The notes below the pieces were generated by a model. The model saw only the letters and a list, made by a program, of their open reading frames with translations. It was not told the origin of the DNA and made no database searches. Below, one piece after another: positions 37,345 to 49,152 of a stretch of DNA of 64,000 nt. Both the position numbers and the translations under genes were made by a program. The stretch is from positions 2,232,001 through 2,296,000 of the forward strand of contig CATNEN010000014.1 in the NCBI GenBank assembly GCA_950097015.1. Direction: 5' to 3'. This DNA comes from Macrostomum hystrix. Lineage: Eukaryota; Animalia; Platyhelminthes. Each line of letters begins with the position of its first letter. The first letter of the stretch is position 1.

Positions 37345-38659
37345 GACAACGCAAGGTGTCACTCTAGATCCGAAGCGGAGCTAAGAGTCCGGCCCAATGG
37401 CCGGCAGCTAACCGGGCTGAAAATCGATAATTTGCAATCGAACTTTCAAAAGAATCGAAAAGTGCAATCTACCCGCATAAGAAAGGATATAAGTGTAGCC
37501 AGCAATGAACCAGACTGCTAGGCGCAGATGATAACAAAGAACTTTACCGCAACCTACCGTAAAGGAAATGTAACGAATCAAGTCCAACAAGCCAAACACA
37601 AAGCGCAGCTTCAATTGGCTATTTTTAAACAATGCTCAACTTTGATTAGCCGAGTTGAGTTAAACAATAACAAAAAAGTCGCGATCGGAGAACGGCCTAC
37701 ACCCGAGGCGAGCGAAGCCATGGCCGGAATGGCTTCATGAATATATATATGTGTGTGTATGTGTGTGTGTGCATTTCTCCCTTTTAGGAAAGAGGATAGT
37801 GAGGATCTGGCAGGAGTGGAGGGGATACAAGAAGCAGAGTGGCACATGAGACAGAGAGAAAGAGACTATGAAGCAGAGGGGAGCAGAGAAAGAGGAAGCC
37901 CTCATCCAACTCTGCTCCCCAAACCATTTCTACAGTTGGAAAAAAGAAAGACAGACAGAAAGAGAAAAGAGAAGGGGCTGGGGTGGGCGCTTCTTCCTTT
38001 TGCTTCGGGTTCAGCCCCTCGCCATGGTGTTGCGGGTGGGTGGGGAGCATTTGGGAGAGTAGAAAAGAAGAAAGCGAGGAGAAGGGAGGGGAGGATTACA
38101 TGAGTAGAAGGGGTCGAGATGGAAATAGGAAAGAGATGGGGCAGCAGAGGGGCCTAAACACATTCAAGTCATCTCTTTTTCACTCTGTCGCATTCGCTCT
38201 GTTCGCATTGCCTGCATTGAGTTTTTTCTCCAGCTGCATTGCGGGGGGGGCCTGTTCGACACAAGAGGCCAAAAAGGGAGGGGCGAGTGCAGCCAGGAAA
38301 GCATAAAAAAGAGAAATAGATGAGATGCAGGGGTGAAGCACACAAAGATATGAAGACAGACAGACGGCTGACTGGCAGCGTCGAGGGAGATGGCAAGGGA
38401 GAAAATAGAGACTAAAGGATTGGGGAGAAAAGTGAAGCGCACACAAAGCAGTCGCACAACACAGCCGCATTCAGACCGCAGAAACAGAGCAGACATTCAG
38501 GACAGGCAACACGGGCCAGATGGGCCGCTAGAGATAACTGTTTCATGAGGCGAAAACAGACAGGCAGAAGGTTTGGACACTTAGGGAGCGAACGAAAAAG
38601 CGAGAGGGAGAAGTGGGAAAGCTTAGAAGACAGACGCGATCCCAAAAAGGCGAAAGCTA

Positions 38660-39300
38660 GATACAAGAGAGAGAGCGAGAGAGAGAGAGAGAGCGAGATA
38701 GAGAGAGCGAGATAGAGAGAGCGAGATAGAGCGAGAGAGAGAGCGAGATGGACAGAGAGCGAGAGAGAAAGAGCGAGATAGAGGGAGAGCGAGAGAGAGA
38801 GAGAGAGAGCGAGATAGAGCGAGAGAGAGAGCGAGATGGACAGAGAGCGAGAGAGAAAGAGCGAGATAGAGGGAGAGCGAGAGAGAGAGAGAGAGCGAGA
38901 GAGAAAGAGCGAGATAGAGAGAGAGCGAGAGAGAAAGAGCGAGATAGAGAGAGAGCGAGATAGAGAGAGAGCGAGATAGAGAGAGAGCGAGATAGAGAGA
39001 GAGCGAGATAGAGAGAGAGAGCGAGATAGAGAGAGAGCGAGAGAGAAAGAGCGAGATAGAGAGAGAGCGAGATAGAGAGAGAGCGAGAGAGAGATAGACA
39101 GAGGGCGATAGAGAGAGAGCGAGAGTGAGATAGACACAGAGTGAGATAGAGAGAGGGAGAGAGAGAGAGATAGACACAGAGTCACAGAGTGAGATAGAGA
39201 AAGGGAGAGAGCGAGATAGACAGAGCGAGATAGACAGAGTCACAGAGTGAGATAGAGAGAGGGAGAGAGAGATAGTTAGAGAAAAGTGAAGGGGAGAGAA
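38660..39300. repeat. (GA)n/GAGC/GATA compound microsatellite
   Basis: Units of gagagagagcgagata. Confidence 0.95.
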
Positions 39301-42300
39301 AGGAGGAAGCACCTCGATCCCTGGCACTGACGCGATAAAGAAGCGACGCTTCTTAATGAAAGTTTCTGATGTTTTGAATAGTTGTAAAACAATTCGTCAA
39401 GGCAGAAACAGTGAAGTAGCGAGAGAGTGAGAGATGTTCAGAGGCAAAGCGCGACGGCAGTAGTGTAGAAGAAGAACGACATGGCGAGTTGGAAAAAGCG
39501 AGAGAGCACATAAGCCAGACAAAGCCTTGAAGAGAGAAGAAGCGAAAAAAGAAAATCCAGAATGATGGGAGAGAAAACGGGACGAGGTGGGGGACGGTCG
39601 CGTTGATCCAAAAAAGAAGCAAATGGGAAAGGAGAAAGCGATATAGCAATATCGATTCAGCGAGGGTAACAGAGAGAAGAGCGCGTGTGGGACGCCTTCG
39701 GGGAGCGAGCCGGGAAAGACTTGCTTTGGGAAACTGAGGAAAAAAAGAGAAACAGGAGTGACACAGAAAGGGGAAGAAAAAATGAGGGGACAGAGAAAGA
39801 GGCGCGCACAGACAGAGGGAATAAGAGACGCAGAATCCCTTATATTCCCAGTTCCAAACGAAAGCCAGAATGTCGGGTACCCTCTTAGCCTCACCTTTGC
39901 AAAGGATAAAACGTACCTCCCCTCCTCTGCTGCTCCTAAGCGCTCTCCTCTATCCACTGTCCCCCCATCCTCGCAGTGCCAGGCCGGGTATTTGGGCCAT
40001 TCACGACGAATGTCACTCTGTCCATGACGCGCTCCTGTAAGCGTCTATTTTTCCTTACTAAGTTTGTTTCCCCAAAAACAGGCAGATCTGCTTCTTCAGA
40101 GATAGCCCAGGGGTGGGGGCTAATCCAGAGACGAGCGGATTTGACTAAGCTGGAAATTTGAGGGGCCAGATGGCTGGGGAAGGCTGCATGGTTGCATCGC
40201 TAACTAAGAATACTACTATCACTTAATATCGACATAGCTCGTATAAACACTGTCTGCGATGGTAACAAAGACTTCCACAATCGTCGTTTCGTAAACAAAA
40301 AACTATTTCGAAAAGTGAGATTTTTTTTCTGCTTTGATGCTTAAAAGCATTTGCATTTGTTAACTTACCGTGTAGATTAGGCACATCTTTCTTTACTTTG
40401 TATGCTACTGTAAGTAGTGCTACAGAGAAGAAACCACCTAAGAAGTTTTTTACACCTAAGATGTAATGTAAGTCATATCCAAATGGATATGTTTGGTTCT
40501 CTGACTCTGCCTTGGTGTCTGACTTATACACATGTCTGATTTTTCCACCACATAATTCTAGTATCCATATTTTACCTATAGTCATGTACTCAATGGCATT
40601 ACACTACTGACCCCTTTATAGTCAGTCTGACTCTGAATTAACAGTGTATAAAACTATATTTATCTGACATTAACTCTAACTTTGTACACATTTTGATTGT
40701 TGTTTGTTTTAAATATTTAGTCAGTGGCCTTGTGTACTTTTACTGCCATTCTTTCTTTTCTCTATTATTTGTTAGGCAAACTGCAGAAAATCTAAAGCAA
40801 ATCTATACTCATTTAATTATTTTTGCTTTTTCTCAGCAACACAGATTCAGTGGTGTCATGAAAATATTTTCTTTTCAAAATAATTAACTAAGCTGTTTTA
40901 AATAAAAAAGACAAAAAACTAGCATAATTTTAAATTATTGCACTAGAATCCTAGGAGAATAAGACAGAGAATAAAGGGGTGCTAATTACTTTGTCACAAC
41001 TATTCTGTCATATTGGATGACAAACTGACCAACTTAAATGAGTGCACTGGTTAATGGGTTTGTGTAAACACTGAAATGGACCACAATGGACCACAGGACT
41101 ACAATGGAACTGATGAAGTAGTTATAGTTTTTTCATAATATAGCCGAGCTGTCATGATTTCTATTAATATTCATTTTATTTAGCTTCATTAAAAAACATG
41201 TAAAAATGATATTCATTTAGAAACAAATAAATTTGTTGCAGACAAATAGCAATTAGTTAAGGTTTTAAATCAAGTGAAACTTTTTCTTTTAGCTTAATTT
41301 AGATTGATATAATTAGTCTGTGGCAATTTTAGTAATTTGATATTCTTAGTGTCAGTGTTCTTATTCTTGGTGTTCTTTTGTTTCTTTTTTCTTTAGTTTG
41401 ATTTTCAAACTATAACTCATAACATTCAGATAATCTGAACTTGCACTTATATTACCAAGTTAATTATAACCTGATAAATGCAAAAAATTCATGATTGGGA
41501 TTTTAGGACATCAACCAGACATCAGCTCTTGAAGCAATATAAAAATATTACTGCCTTGGTCCTGTCTATGTCTATTGCAGGATATTGTAGTCTGTTTTCA
41601 GTGTTTAAACAAACCCCTGATTAACAGATGACAAAGTGATCCCAGTCCAACATTCAATCAATTTGTAGTTGTCAAAAAAGTTTTAAAGTACCCAGCAACA
41701 GATAAATGAGCTTACTTATAAGCAGAAAAGAAATTCATGCATTGGTCCTATTATTTATGAACAGTTTAAAAACTTGGCATTCTTTTCAAATCATTCATTA
41801 AACTGTTTTAATTTTCTACATTCACTAACTACTAACACATAGGGGCCTACTAAAAGTATTTTAACACCATGCTAGGAGGGCACTTGGCAGAACCATTATT
41901 TATTGTCAATCCAAACTCCCTTATTATTGTTATTACCCCTGCTGAATTTTGACACAATCCTTCAGAATTTTCCTAATTTCTACAATGAACATAAATGAAA
42001 CTTTTTAGAAAAATAGTTTAATATAGGATTCAAAAATAATGCCAAAACGTGTTAATAAGACTGTTAAAGAGAAACCATTTAATAGCCTTGAAACTAATTA
42101 GGAAAATTGCTGACAATACAATACGGCCCCGGGTGTTGCACATGTATGAGCTAAATTGTTCATTAGACGTCGTCACAAGACTTAAAACATGCAACAAGAA
42201 AATGTTCAATGATGTGGCATAATGAAAAATGTGAAGACATTGGCCTTACCAATACCATGCAAATAGGGCATTCCAGGCTAGGGGCCTATAAAAATTTGCA

Positions 42301-43315
42301 ACACAAAAGTTGGAACATCAGGGACTTTCATTTGAGGATAAATTTATCAAGCATAAGCTAAATTGATAAATAAATGTGTCAAAGTAAATTTTACATTTGC
42401 ATAGAAATCTACAGAAGCAGTAGCTGTAGCTATCGTGTATTTTCCTTATTTAGATAGAAGCCCTAAAAGAAAATAATGACAATTTACAAGTGGCAAAATA
42501 TATTCCAATTTTAAATTCGATTAAGAAAATAAATAATAGTGCTACAATCTGATGATTCATAAATTTCTTAGCTTTTATTAATCAGTACATAGTCAGGTTA
42601 CTGTTACCATGCGAAAAGGGCAACCACACGGCCGCGCTAGTTTATAGAGTTTTAAAATGCTGTTTCGAAGTAAATTACTTTATTATTAAAAAGTTAAAAA
42701 TGTGTACAAATTGTCAAACGTTTAACAAATAAAGGTGTTTGCATTTTTAAGATAAAACATTAAAAAATAGTCATCAATATCAATGATTATAAATTAAAAA
42801 GCTTTTTAAATAATATGGTACTAAACTATCGTAACTAAAAAAGGCGTTTTTTGCTTTTTTAAAATGACTGGCAGCATCGCGAAGAATTATAAAACGAAGA
42901 AAATGTAAATGTAAATATCATGTCAATTAGGCCCTAACGACTTGTGAATGTATATAACGAAATATAACCATATTAGACACTTGTGTATCTAGGTTCAATT
43001 TCTTACGATACAACCCAGTATCAGTATATAATTTTATAAATAGTCTACTTTCAGTTTTCATTCGCTAAAAAGTACAAGTTTTTCATTTAGAAACACACGA
43101 TTTGAAACTTCATTATGTTTTATTTGCACACAATTAGCTAGCATTAGGCCTAGGCTTCCCTTATATAGACCTATTTCGGCAAAGTTCTACTTCCGTTCGT
43201 TATATTATTTTTTGTTTGCAAAGGACAGATAGCGACAAAAAACAAGTTTAACGGTAACAAAAAGTCTGTAGTTTGGTCACACAGTTCTGAAAAGTCTTGG
43301 TCAGTCTTTCTTCTT

Positions 43316-43459
43316 TCAAACTGGGTAGTAGTGCCTAATCCAGTAGAGGAGGGCACCGAAGCTATTCTTGGGGTATAGATAGCGCCATAAGAATTCTTCA
43401 AGGTGGCTTTCGAATAGAGCAGCACTCGTGCCATGCATTTGACGCAGCTTGGCCTTCGC
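43316..43459 (-). pseudogene. C-terminal fragment of a Merlin/IS1595 (ISXO2-like) DDE transposase
   Basis: Frame not in the ORF track reads AKAKLRQMHGTSAALFESHLEEFLWRYLYPKNSFGALLYWIRHYYPV*, resembling the recalled MxGTS...SYLxEFxWR...FxxLLxxI...YP terminus. Confidence 0.6.
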
Positions 43460-46400
43460 GAAATCTTCAGCTGCAGAATTTCTGTGCTTTAGCTTCCTGT
43501 TCCCCCATATTTGCCAGATTTTGCCATAGACATAGATCCAAGTGTCAAGTCACGGCAAAGCTACGTCAGCACAACTTTTTCAAACTCAGAATCCACATGT
43601 GGCACAAATACAAACTAAAAAATAATATAGGCCCCTAATGAACAGAAGTAGAACATTGCTTCTATTTACCTATTACTTCATAGTTAGGCCTGGTCAGGCT
43701 ACATTTTTTACTTTTATTGAGATATTTGTGTAAGTAAATTAGTCATTTAAAAGTATATAAGCCTGCAGTAGCTAGTGGCTTTTAATACCTAAAGCTATGA
43801 TTGGTTTTACTGGCCTAAAGTTTAAATGCATTTTGTATTCCTGTTTTTAAGACAATTCAGTTCACATCTCATTCTTGTCTTACTTTATCACATGAAAAAA
43901 TCATATATATTTATCTAATTATCTAATATACATATCAAAATATACTTTCAAGTTTTTTCACAATAGTTTCCTAGTACTTCTCTTTAATTATCACTCTAAT
44001 GATATGATGTCACAAAAGTTGTCCTTGGGTTAAATTAATTTTTTTTCTGAATGCCACTAAAGTTGTTCTAGGGCCTAGTGCTAATTTTTTAATATCCTAC
44101 TGAGATAGGGCCCTGTTTTCTTAGAAACCATTTCCCGTGCAAATTTATTATTTTGTTTTATTCTACGAAGCTTTTGTTTAAATGCACTAAATTTGTTTTT
44201 ATGCACCGAAATATAAAAGTTATAATGAAGTGAGGAAAGGAATGAAAAAGACTATAAATACACAAGCAAAATAAAGAGAAAATCAACTCTGACAACCTTG
44301 GTTGAGAAGGAGTTCAAAAGTAAAACAAAGCTTGAATTTTGAAGGGTTCATATTGAAGTTATTTGAGATAGAGACATTGCAAAAGAGAACTAAATAGAGT
44401 GAAGAAAAGCTGTAAATCTAGATCCATTGGTAAAGCCCAAGGACGGACTGAAGATTGAACTGAAGATTGAATTAAAGACAGATAAAGACTGATAAAAATT
44501 GATACAAAGTACTTATAGGAATAAAACAGTAAAATAGAAGTCGGCCATATTATAGCGCTACCAGATTAGATACATAAATGCTACCAATTTGAATTAAGAA
44601 AGTGTATTAAAGGAATAAATTTAAGATATTCATAAGATGGACATAAAGACAGTACTTGAATAAAGTGTATTAAGCCCTAGGACAACTTTGGTAACAGCAG
44701 TAGGATTAAATTAGCCCTACAACACTACTTCTGACTCTAAAGTTGTTGTAGGCTAGAGGTGTTTTTATGTAATGTCTTAGTAATTTCAATATTTTCTTAG
44801 ATTTTGCCTCTGAGAATGTATTATATATAAAGAAATATTTTCTGGGTAGCATATTTAGTTATTCTATTTAGCATATTTAGTTAGTCTATTTAGCATATTT
44901 AGTTAGTCTATGTAGCATATTTTGTTATTCTGGCCTATTAGCCTACTTTATTGTATGTGTGTAGGGCCTATGTTATATGCCTTTATTTAATAACTGATCT
45001 CAATACTTATTTTTGCTTTTATCTTATTGTTAACACCAAAGTTGTGCTAGGGCTAATTAGGTAATATAGGCTTATAAGAAAATCCTATTGGTGTTACCAA
45101 TGTTGTTGCATGCCTAACTTCTTAGTAAACTATTTATTCTAATGATGTCACCAAAGTTGTTCTAGTGCTAATTAGGCCTACTATTTTAAGTTTACTTTCA
45201 CAATGTTGTTGTATTTCTTATTGTTAATATACTACAAAAGTAGTTTTTATAGGGGTATTTGAGTATAATATTGAAAGTAATTTCAATATTTTCTTAGAAT
45301 TTGTCTCTGAGAATGTATTTTATATATTTAAAAGAATTTCTTGGTAGTGTATTTAGTCCGGTAATGTATTTAGTTAGTCTAGGTTGCTTATTTAGTTATT
45401 CTGGCCGATTACATTATTGTACATACATGTGCAACCTCCCAAATCTTAGCCGGCCATGCGACTTAGTTTTTGCTCTCATTTGCGACTTAGTTCGTTTCAT
45501 TGCTCTATTTATGACTTAGTTTGCTCTCATTTGCTCTCTTTTTCTCCCCTTTTTCGATTGGTCAATTGGTTTTTGCGACTTAACTTGCTTGGCCCTCATT
45601 TCACCTGGCCAGTTCGGCCAGGTTGGCTGGGTGTTGTGCATGTATGCTACCCACAATAAATCATGAAGTTCCCTCACCAATACTTGTTGTTTTCTTGATA
45701 ATTTATGCTGTCTGGTTAATAATTTATGCTAAACTCTTATTTAATCATGCTATCCCTTATAAAATTATGATAATCATGATGTCATGTGGGGGAAGAAAAT
45801 CATGCTTTGAGGTCTGTAGAACAAAAATCATAAAAATATACAACTTGAATATTATACTTATCTTTTCTTGACATATCCTCTCATTAACTTGTGCTACCCC
45901 TGTGATATATCATGTTATCCCTCAACAAAGCTTGCTACCCCCCTGATAATTCATGCTACCCCTTGATAATTGCTGATACATATATATATATAATATGTGT
46001 ATGTAGCAGGCATGCTATCTATGCATGTGTATATATATATTAACTTAACAGTATATTAAATTTTGACATTTGCTCTAAAGTTCTTCTATAACTTTCAAAA
46101 AAACTTCCAAATTCATTTATGAAATGCATACAAAATTATTGCTTTAGTTCAGTAAAGTTACTTATGGTAGGCAGTATATAGCTACAAGTAAAGGTGAAAG
46201 CAACTGTTTTATTCCATTGTGGCTTTATTTAAACTACTAAGAGAAGGAATTTCAGTAAGGAGACATAGCTGGAAGTTAGCTATGTCCCATTAAAATTGTA
46301 TTTAAATACAAACAGAGGAAACCATTTTAAAAGAGACATCACAAATGACAATTTGAGAAAATTATATGCCAGTACATTGATGCATAAGTTTGAAGTTTAC

Positions 46401-46603
46401 TTTTTCTGCAATTTAATATTGTTTCAATATCTGTGCATGCACTGGGAAGTCTTTGTTCACCTTGCAAATACCTGTTCTCTTGTAAAGAATCTTACAAATC
46501 TTCCTTCTTGCGTCTCAAATCTTTCGTCAAGAGCCTTGTTTCTAGCTGACCAAGTTAATCACTTTCCTCATCGAACTTTTATTTACAGTAAAAATCCGTT
46601 ACC

Positions 46604-47029
46604 ATGGCAGCAAAGCGTGTTAATGCAGTCAAGCCGCTGACCCGGCAGGTTTGCATCAAAAAGCGCAACAAGCACATTCAGCGTCACCATAGCGACCGTT
46701 ACAACCGCGTCAAGCCCAGCTGGCGCCGACCCAAGGGCATCGACAACCGAATGCGGCGCAAGTTCAAAGGCCAGTCGGTGATGCCGCAGATCGGCTTCGG
46801 CTCGGACAAGCGTACCAAGCACATTCACCGAGACGGCTTCCGGCACGTGCTGGTGCACAATGCCAGGGAGCTGGAGATGCTGCTGATGGAGAACAGGCGC
46901 TACGCTGGCGTGATCGCGCACACCGTCAGCTCGAAGAAGCGCAAAGTCATGGTTGAGCGAGCCGCCCAGCTGGGCATTCGCCTCGTCAACGGCAGCTCCA
47001 AGCTGCGCACAGACGAGCAGCAGGAGTGA
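46604..47029 (+). CDS. RPL32: 60S ribosomal protein L32 (eL32), 141 aa
   Basis: [41 protein letters not shown] and VERAAQL motifs; splice acceptor ttttatttacag 15 nt upstream. Confidence 0.95.
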   Translation: MAAKRVNAVKPLTRQVCIKKRNKHIQRHHSDRYNRVKPSWRRPKGIDNRMRRKFKGQSVMPQIGFGSDKRTKHIHRDGFRHVLVHNARELEMLLMENRRYAGVIAHTVSSKKRKVMVERAAQLGIRLVNGSSKLRTDEQQE

Positions 47030-47204
47030 CCCAGGAAGAGAACTTGTCTGTCTGACTTAAAGAAAGTGTTCTAGTATGCTAAATATATGGCAGATGTCAT
47101 TTTCGCCGAGACTGTTCGTGTGACACATTCTGGACATTGTTGATGCTGGAAGCCTGGAAACAATACCGAATTTGTGATTGTGCTTAACCTATTTGATTTT
47201 TTAT

Positions 47205-48250
47205 CTAATTAGACAGCCTTGCCACCTGACATCCTGGCCACCTGGCAGCCTTGCCACCTGACATTCTGGCCACCTGACATTCTGGCCACCTGGCAGCCCT
47301 GCCACCTGACATCCTGGCCACCTGACATCCTGGCTACCTGACATACTGGCCACCTGACATCCTGGCCACCTGGCAGCCCTGCCACCTGACATCCTGGCCA
47401 CCTGACATCCTGGCTACCTGACATCCTGGCCAACTGACAGCCCTGCCACCTGACATCCTGGCCACCTGACAGATCAGTTATAGCTGACATCCTTACCACC
47501 TGACAGATCAGTTATAGCTGACATGCTTGTCACTAACAGATCAGTTCCAGCTGACATGCTTGTCACTAACAGATCAGTTATAGCTGACATGCTTGTCACT
47601 AACAGATCAGTTCCAGCTGACATGCTTGTCACTAACAGATCAGTTATAGCTGACTTGCTTGTCACTAACAGATCAGTTCCAGCTGACATGCTTGTCACGA
47701 ACAGATCAGTTCCAGCTGACATGCTTGTCACTAACAGATCAGTTATAGCTGACATGCTTGTCACTAACAGATCAGTTCCAGCTGACATGCTTGTCACTAA
47801 CAGATCAGTTATAGCTGACTTGCTTGTCACTAACAGATCAGTTCCAGCTGACATGCTTGTCACGAACAGATCAGTTCCAGCTGACATGCTTGTCACTAAC
47901 AGATCAGTTCTAGCTGACATGCTTGTCACTAACAGATCAGTTCCAGCTGACATGCTTGTCACTAACAGATCAGTTCCAGCTGACATGCTTGTCACTAACA
48001 GATCAGTTATAGCTGACATGCTTGTCACTAACAGATCAGTTCCAGCTGACATGCTTGTCACTAACAGATCAGTTCCAGCTGACATGCTTGTCACTAACAG
48101 ATCAGTTCCAGCTGACATGCTTGTCACTAACAGATCAGTTCCAGCTGACATGCTTGTCACTAACAGATCAGTTCCAGCTGACATGCTTGTCACTAACAGA
48201 TCAGTTCCAGCTGACATGCTTGTCACTAACAGATCAGTTCTAGCTGACAT
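47205..48250. repeat. Mosaic ccacctgacatcctgg repeats (47205-47470) then a 33-bp array (agctgacatgcttgtcactaacagatcagttcc), about 23 copies
   Basis: Tandem units seen directly. Confidence 0.95.
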
Positions 48251-49152
48251 TTTGGCAGACTGTTCTAACTGATCCTTGTCACCCAAGAGATGTTCTGATC
48301 ACATTCCAAATCTTCTTAGTCTTAATACAAACTCTGTCAAGTCGGTATTATGATTAATTAATTAATTTAGTACGTGATAATGTAATAATTAGTTATTTAT
48401 TTGAATAACTTGACTTTCAGATTATATAGTAATTAAGATAGTGTTCTGCTTAACCTCACAAACAGTAGCTGCATAAACATGTTTAGAATCTGTAACTCTC
48501 TAATTATGTGTCATAGACTAATATGTCAAGGACTGCAACCCAGTGCACTCATACTCTGCGCTGAGCCTGCAGCACGGCCAGGTGCAGATCTAATTAAGGT
48601 GATTAGGCCGAAATTAGGGCAAGAAAGCTGTTTCTCGGTTACTCAGTTAAGAGCAAAGCTAACATCTGAATACTGTGGGAGTGTGACCGAACTAAGCCCA
48701 TAAATGATTGCGCATTCACAGCGGTCAGTGTTTTGTGCTGCCGGCTTGTTCTGGTGAGATCTACCCAACTGGTTCTCTGCGGTCTCTCTGTCCATTGTCC
48801 ACAGAACCGCAATAAACCCCGCACTGCCTTTGCACTGTACGCTTTTATAGTCGCTTCCTATTGTTTCGAACTATTGCAGTGCCGAAGGTGGAGTTATGCT
48901 GATGGCGGGCGTCTTTTCTCTCTCTTTTTCTTGCTCAAGCAGCGGTATTCGGCTCAAAGTACATAGCAGGTCGACTAGATGCAACATTTAAGCAGGCAGA
49001 CTCTTTATAAATGGCATTTTGTACACGGCGAGGCCTGGCCGTGAAACCAGCTGTTTAGCACTCAAACCACACACTTAAAAACTGACTTCTAAACACTGTC
49101 TCACATGCATAGGACGCAGTGTTTAGGCCTAGCAAATTAACCAGCAACAGCT

